A program made the position numbers and the translations under genes. DNA of 64,000 nucleotides. Source: Planctomycetota bacterium (GTDB lineage Bacteria > Planctomycetota > Phycisphaerae > WQYP01). This document shows positions 58,919 to 64,000 of this stretch, in pieces (position 1 is the stretch's first letter; every line of letters begins with the position of its first letter). The DNA is taken from the NCBI GenBank assembly GCA_021805985.1, contig JAJZDN010000014.1:9230-73229 (forward strand), in the 5' to 3' direction. Below the pieces are notes generated by a model. That model worked only from the letters and a program-made list of their open reading frames with translations. It did not search any database and was not told the origin of the DNA.

Positions 58919-61900
58919 ATGGGAACGGGTGCAGTGCAGGACGGGTTATCTGACATTCTCCAGCTTGCGGAACTGCTGGCCTTACATCAGCCGGAGCAGG
59001 CCGCGCTGGACCGTTACGCTCCGGCATTGCTTAAGCACGTCGGCGAATTCACTGATCACTTTTACACGTGGCTGGAAGCGGTTCCGGCCACGGCGAAATT
59101 TATTTCACACATGCCGGCGGACCAGCTAAATGGCCTGAAGGGTCATCTCGCGGAACATTACCGCAGTATGCTGGCGGCACAGATCGACAAGGATCGGGCC
59201 GCAGCGCTGGTTGAATTGGGACAGTTGCATCACCGCTTGGGCCTGTCGATTTCCTGGATTTCCTGTGCGTATGCGGCGTTTGCCCAGGAATTAAATCGAA
59301 CTTTGCTGGAAATTCCCCCGGAAGATCGAGAAGTTCTGCGCAACGCGCTTTACAAGCGGATACACCTTGACGAGGGCTGGCATCTGGCGGGATATCGCCG
59401 GGCACATCTGGCGGGAATCCAATTACGCGAGGGATTTTATGACGCCCTGCGAATTACCAATCAGGTATTAAGCAGTTCCACATCCGTATCCACGTTGCTC
59501 CACGCGGCGGTTCATACGCTGGAGGAGCGCCTCCAATTGCCCCTGGTGTGGGTGGGAACCGTTGATTCGCACACGCACTGGCTGCATATCTGCACGGCGG
59601 CGGGCCCGGCAGCGGATTATGCTCGAAAGTTGCGAATTTACAGTTTGCCCACGCGGGCGGAGGGACGCGGGCCGGGCGGCATAGCCTTGGCAACAGGCAA
59701 GGTAGTGGTCTCTGATTGGAGGAATCCGGATCCCTCTTTCAGTCCCTGGGTTGCGCGCGTTCGGCACTTTGGTATTACCGGTTCGATCGCCGCGCCGTTC
59801 AAAACCCGGGATGGACATCACGGCTTGTTAAGTATTTATCGCACAGAAGCTGCTCCCTTTCCGTTTGGAGCCGAAGAATTGCTCCTCCGCTTGGCTGCGG
59901 ATATTGGCTTAGCGCTCACGCGGATTCAAACGGATCGCGCTTTAAAACGATTGCAGCGGTGCCAACATGCCCTGGAGAGGGTCAATCAAATGTTGCTTAG
60001 CGCGCCGGCTCCGGAAGAGATATACAAACTGCTTCCCGAAATAATTATGCAATCCACTGACGCGGTTTTGGCGTATGTGAGCGTCATTGACGCGCAACAT
60101 ACTGGGGCGCGTATTGTTAGCAGCAATTCAGATAATAGCCGCCATTTGCCGGCAATGGTAAGTATTGATCCGACAAAACCCGAGGGATGGGGCATTACCG
60201 GACAGGTTTACAGGCTCAATGCGTGTGTCACCATCGCGGATGCGCGGCATGATCCGCATCTGACGCCTTGGATAGAAAATATTAGAAAATATCGACAAGG
60301 CGGATTTGCGGGTTTTCCAATTCCGGGCATTGACGGCCGGCCGGAAGCGGTACTGGTGGTGATTGCGCGACAGGGCAGTTTTTTTACACCGGATATAAAG
60401 AAACTCCTGACGCAGTTGGCAAATAACGCCGGCGTGGCATTGCGATCCCACCGACAACGCCGCCGTTTGGAACACTTGTCGATCCATGATCCGCTTACCG
60501 GTCTGCCCAACCGGGCCTCCTTTGAACAAACAACCAACGCCGCGCTGGGACGGGTGGACCGGACGGGGAACTATCTGGCAATCGGCATGATGGACCTGGA
60601 TAACTTCAAGGAAGTTAATGATACCCTCGGGCATGCCGCCGGGGACGAACTATTAAAAACCGTGGCGGTACGAATCGCCGCGACCCTGAGATCGGGAGAT
60701 GCCGCGGCCCGGCTCGGCGGCGACGAGTTCGGTCTTCTCTTAAATCTAAAAGCGCCGGACAACCTCACGGAGGCAGCCAACCGGTTGCTTGAGGCCGTGC
60801 AGCAACCCACTGATTGGAATGGAGAAAAGATCTCTATCGCAGCGCGGTTGGGATTCACCGTTTACCCATTGGACAAGACCGATCGCACCAGTTTATTGCG
60901 CCATGCGGACGCGGCACTGTATAACGCCAAGGAAGGGCCGCATTCGATAGAGGTATTTGAATCCGCGCTGGCGGAACGAATTGAAAGCCGCTTTCGCATC
61001 CGCCAGAACTTTCCAACGGCATTGGCGGATGGCCGGATCGAATTTTTTCTTGAACCGCAGGCCGACATGCGCACGGGCCGGTTGGAGGCGGTAGAGCTCC
61101 TGGCCCGCTGGCGCGAAGGTGACACGTGGATATCGCCGGGAGAGTTCATACCTGTTATCGAAGGAGATCCGGACTTAATGCGGGCGCTGGATCGATCGGC
61201 GATTTCCGCAGCTTTGATGTTGCGCCGAAAATTGTTGAACGCCGACCTTGATATTAAGCTTTGTGTCAATGTGGGAGCGATATATCTACTGCGACCCGAT
61301 TTTCTCGAGGATCTGGATACGTTGATCGGTGATTTGGAAGATCGCTCGTTCCTGCGGCTGGAGGTGACCGAAAGTCTGGCATTGCGAAACCTTCCTTTGG
61401 CCGCGCGGAATCTTGCGGGCATAAAATCACGTGGGATGTCTACGAGTCTGGACGATTTTGGCACCGGTTACACCTCGCTGCTTTATGCCGCTTCCCTTCC
61501 CGTGCAGGAATTGAAGCTGGGCCAGAAATTTATTCGCGGGTTGCTCCATGATCCGTCGCATCTCGCGGTGGCGATCTCGATGATGCAATTCGCCACGCTA
61601 TACCAGGTGTCGCCGATTGCTGAAGGGGTGGAAACGAGGCGGGAGCTGGCCACATGGCTGCGTTTGGGGGGGCAGCGAATTCAAGGGCACTTACTGGGCA
61701 AACCGATGCCGCAGAACGACTTCATGCATTGGGCTTCCACTGTGAAGCTGAGCGCCGCAATCTGGCCTCCGGTTTATCCTGCGGAAGATTTGCCACTTTT
61801 GGCATTTCAGGTAGCCCGCACCCAGCAACTCCGGCTTATGCGGAAAAATAATGGCGAGGACATAGGCCGTTGGACGGCATCACCTCTGGCCGAGTGCTTG

Positions 61901-62134
61901 CTGACCAAATGGTTTGACCGCCGGCGCAGGCGTTATGGAGAACTCGAGGAATTTAAAATTGCCGCGACCCGGCACGAACGGATGCATCAGCGCTACGATC
62001 ATCATTTGGAAGCGGTGGGGCTGGAGGATATGGAACAATGGACGCAGGGGCTTAAGGATTTGGTAGGGGCAATTGACCGGGAATTGCTCAAGAATAATGG
62101 TCCTAGCGAGGAAACGGTGTTCCATAAGCTATAA
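58919..62134 (+). CDS. globin-coupled sensor with two GAF, GGDEF, EAL and CZB-like domains
   Basis: Globin FTDHFY...LGQLHHRLGL; two GAF-like blocks; HDPLTGLPNR, DLDNFK.VNDTLGH, RLGGDEF; ELLAR, LDDFGTGY, AEGVET; tail CLLTKW......Y.....F......HERMH. Confidence 0.88.
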   Translation: MGTGAVQDGLSDILQLAELLALHQPEQAALDRYAPALLKHVGEFTDHFYTWLEAVPATAKFISHMPADQLNGLKGHLAEHYRSMLAAQIDKDRAAALVELGQLHHRLGLSISWISCAYAAFAQELNRTLLEIPPEDREVLRNALYKRIHLDEGWHLAGYRRAHLAGIQLREGFYDALRITNQVLSSSTSVSTLLHAAVHTLEERLQLPLVWVGTVDSHTHWLHICTAAGPAADYARKLRIYSLPTRAEGRGPGGIALATGKVVVSDWRNPDPSFSPWVARVRHFGITGSIAAPFKTRDGHHGLLSIYRTEAAPFPFGAEELLLRLAADIGLALTRIQTDRALKRLQRCQHALERVNQMLLSAPAPEEIYKLLPEIIMQSTDAVLAYVSVIDAQHTGARIVSSNSDNSRHLPAMVSIDPTKPEGWGITGQVYRLNACVTIADARHDPHLTPWIENIRKYRQGGFAGFPIPGIDGRPEAVLVVIARQGSFFTPDIKKLLTQLANNAGVALRSHRQRRRLEHLSIHDPLTGLPNRASFEQTTNAALGRVDRTGNYLAIGMMDLDNFKEVNDTLGHAAGDELLKTVAVRIAATLRSGDAAARLGGDEFGLLLNLKAPDNLTEAANRLLEAVQQPTDWNGEKISIAARLGFTVYPLDKTDRTSLLRHADAALYNAKEGPHSIEVFESALAERIESRFRIRQNFPTALADGRIEFFLEPQADMRTGRLEAVELLARWREGDTWISPGEFIPVIEGDPDLMRALDRSAISAALMLRRKLLNADLDIKLCVNVGAIYLLRPDFLEDLDTLIGDLEDRSFLRLEVTESLALRNLPLAARNLAGIKSRGMSTSLDDFGTGYTSLLYAASLPVQELKLGQKFIRGLLHDPSHLAVAISMMQFATLYQVSPIAEGVETRRELATWLRLGGQRIQGHLLGKPMPQNDFMHWASTVKLSAAIWPPVYPAEDLPLLAFQVARTQQLRLMRKNNGEDIGRWTASPLAECLLTKWFDRRRRRYGELEEFKIAATRHERMHQRYDHHLEAVGLEDMEQWTQGLKDLVGAIDRELLKNNGPSEETVFHKL

Positions 62135-62185
62135 TCAACGGGACGGCGCGTAAATTTACTCGCGCGATGAATTGGAGAAAATGGT

Positions 62186-62587
62186 ATGGCTGATCCACTG
62201 CCCGGTCCCACACGGTTCCAAGGCGGCCCCGCTTCTGCGGCAGCAAAAATTACGATTAATCCGGAATGGGAGGTGCATCCATTGGATGTGCACAAAATGA
62301 AAACTTCCGGAACCGAGATATTCATTCTGGATGTGCGACAACAGAAAGAATGGGATATTGCCCGCATTGACGGCGCTTTACTGATTCCCTTGGACCAGTT
62401 GCCGCAGCGCTTCGCCGAGCTGGAAAGCCGACGGGATAAACCCATTGTCGTGCATTGCCATCACGGAGTGAGGTCTTTACGGGCGGCAGCGTGGCTGCGG
62501 CAGGCCGGCTTCACGCAGGTTAAGTCAATGGCCGGGGGTATAGACGCATGGAGTTTACTGGTGGATCAGACGGTTTGTCGGTATTAA
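62186..62587 (+). CDS. rhodanese-domain protein
   Basis: LDVRQQKEW, VHCHHGVRS, MAGGIDAWS..VD....RY. Confidence 0.9.
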   Translation: MADPLPGPTRFQGGPASAAAKITINPEWEVHPLDVHKMKTSGTEIFILDVRQQKEWDIARIDGALLIPLDQLPQRFAELESRRDKPIVVHCHHGVRSLRAAAWLRQAGFTQVKSMAGGIDAWSLLVDQTVCRY

Positions 62588-62797
62588 ACCAGCCGCCAGC
62601 CCATTGGCGTTGCGACACCTGAAAATTTGGTCTTGCGCCGGGCTGGGGTGAGAGCCGCCATCCCCCGAGTCTATTAAGTACCTCATGTCGCTTTGCCGTG
62701 GGGGTATTTTGTCCTATACTCCTAGATTCCGAAAGTACTTTTTATAGACTTTCGGATTGGTAATGGTAGTCGTTGAACTGGAATGGAATTTTCTAAG

Positions 62798-64000
62798 ATG
62801 ATTAAAATTCTCGTAGCAGACAAAATCGCCGAAGAGGGGTTAGAACTGTTAAAGGCGCAACCGGATGTAGAGTTGACGAATAAACCCAAGTGGAATCCCG
62901 GTGAAATGGCGGCGGAAATCGGCAACCACGATGGAGCCATCATCCGCAGCGGCGTGAAAATTAAAGCTGCCGAGCTGGAAAATCCCGGGCGCCTCAAGGC
63001 CATCGCCCGCGCTGGCGTCGGCGTAGATAATGTGGATGTCACGGCCGCCACCAAGGCGGGCGTATTGGTAATGAATACGCCCGACGCCAATACCATTACC
63101 ACGGCGGAACATGCCATAGGGCTGATGATGGCCCTGTCGCGAAAGTTGGCCGCCGCCGATGCCCACGTCCGGGCGGGTTTGTGGGAACGCAACAAATATA
63201 TGGGTACGCAGTTGGCGGGCAAAACGCTGGGCATTATCGGTTTTGGCCGCATCGGCCGCGCGGTGGCCAAGCGAGCGCTGGGCCTGGAAATGAAAGTTGT
63301 GGCGTTTGATCCATTTTTCTTCGCCAATAACGCGTTGGATGGCCAAGTCTCCATGACCCATGATATTGAATCCCTGTTGCCGCAGTGTGATTACGTCACC
63401 GTGCATGTGCCGGGCGATAAAACCAAAGGACTCATTGACGCGTCGAAAATTGCGTTGTGCAAAAAAGGCGTGCGTTTTATCAATTGTGCCCGCGGAGGCG
63501 TGATAAGTGAAAAAGATTTGGCGGCCGCCATTACCTCCGGGCATGTGGCCGGTGCGGCGCTAGACGTGTTTGAAACCGAACCGCCGGCCATGGATTCGCC
63601 TCTGCTTACCCTGGGAGATAAAGTGCTGCTGACACCGCATTTAGGTGCCAGTACCAATGAAGCCCAAACGGCGGTATCCATTGATGCGGTCAATGAAATT
63701 CTGCTGTATCTGCGGGGGAAGGGCATTGAGGGCGCGGTGAATGCCGGCGGCATTGAAATGAACCTTTCAGCGCCGGAGAAAGCGTATGCTGATTTGGCAC
63801 AGCGCATGGGCATTATTCTGGGGGCCATTGCGGACAAGGGCTTCAACGCCATTACCTTGCGCACCAACGGGGAACTGCCCAAACGCATTGCCGCCACGTT
63901 ACAGCGTCTGGCAGTCATTGAATTATTAAAAGGCCATGTTGACCAGACTCCCAATGTGGTCAACGTGCTGCACCTGGCGGAGCAACGCGGCATCAGCATC
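62798..64000 (+). CDS. serA: D-3-phosphoglycerate dehydrogenase (3' truncated by the window)
   Basis: Not in the ORF track; MIKILVADKIAEEG..., ARAGVGVDNVD, NTITTAEH, LGIIGFGRIG, INCARGG, AALDVF..EPP, TPHLGAST.EAQ. Confidence 0.95.
   Translation, partial: MIKILVADKIAEEGLELLKAQPDVELTNKPKWNPGEMAAEIGNHDGAIIRSGVKIKAAELENPGRLKAIARAGVGVDNVDVTAATKAGVLVMNTPDANTITTAEHAIGLMMALSRKLAAADAHVRAGLWERNKYMGTQLAGKTLGIIGFGRIGRAVAKRALGLEMKVVAFDPFFFANNALDGQVSMTHDIESLLPQCDYVTVHVPGDKTKGLIDASKIALCKKGVRFINCARGGVISEKDLAAAITSGHVAGAALDVFETEPPAMDSPLLTLGDKVLLTPHLGASTNEAQTAVSIDAVNEILLYLRGKGIEGAVNAGGIEMNLSAPEKAYADLAQRMGIILGAIADKGFNAITLRTNGELPKRIAATLQRLAVIELLKGHVDQTPNVVNVLHLAEQRGISI

Noticed and set aside
62588-62797. Possible riboswitch in the serA leader
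   Set aside because: No conserved glycine, SAM, ZTP or T-box core was recognisable by eye.

Overview
Chromosomal window, most likely from a planctomycete (Phycisphaerae-like). This is inferred from the DUF58/BatA-vWA genes, Ser/Thr kinase plus FHA protein, planctomycete-type RNase HII, PEP-CTERM remnant and futalosine-type menaquinone genes. An acidophilic lifestyle is suggested but not proven. The window looks origin-proximal: it has dnaB, a dciA-like gene, parB with two parS sites, and an AT-rich interval at about 43.3-43.6 kb with DnaA boxes, DnaA-trios and an unwinding element (candidate oriC). Housekeeping genes (serS, deoC, recO, thiSG, menG/ubiX/ubiA, rsmD, rnhB-like, hemW, serA) are interleaved with small accessory modules. 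The best candidates for undescribed systems are three: (1) a DUF3800 gene plus a putative nuclease gene facing a convergent sigma70 promoter that would drive a ~65-nt structured RNA; (2) a TIGR04255-like/antitoxin/PIN three-gene operon inside the menaquinone cluster; (3) a Cas2/VapD-like plus PIN pair. The Pst phosphate ABC system is destroyed in this window (pstS, pstC and pstA collapsed by deletions, pstB with a nonsense codon), while a Pho84-like MFS symporter with Pho-box-like repeats is intact. Also present are an orphan Rhs tip/immunity cassette, two dispersed repeat families and several internally deleted gene remnants. I saw no tRNA, rRNA or CRISPR array. All family calls come from motif recognition by eye; no searches were run.
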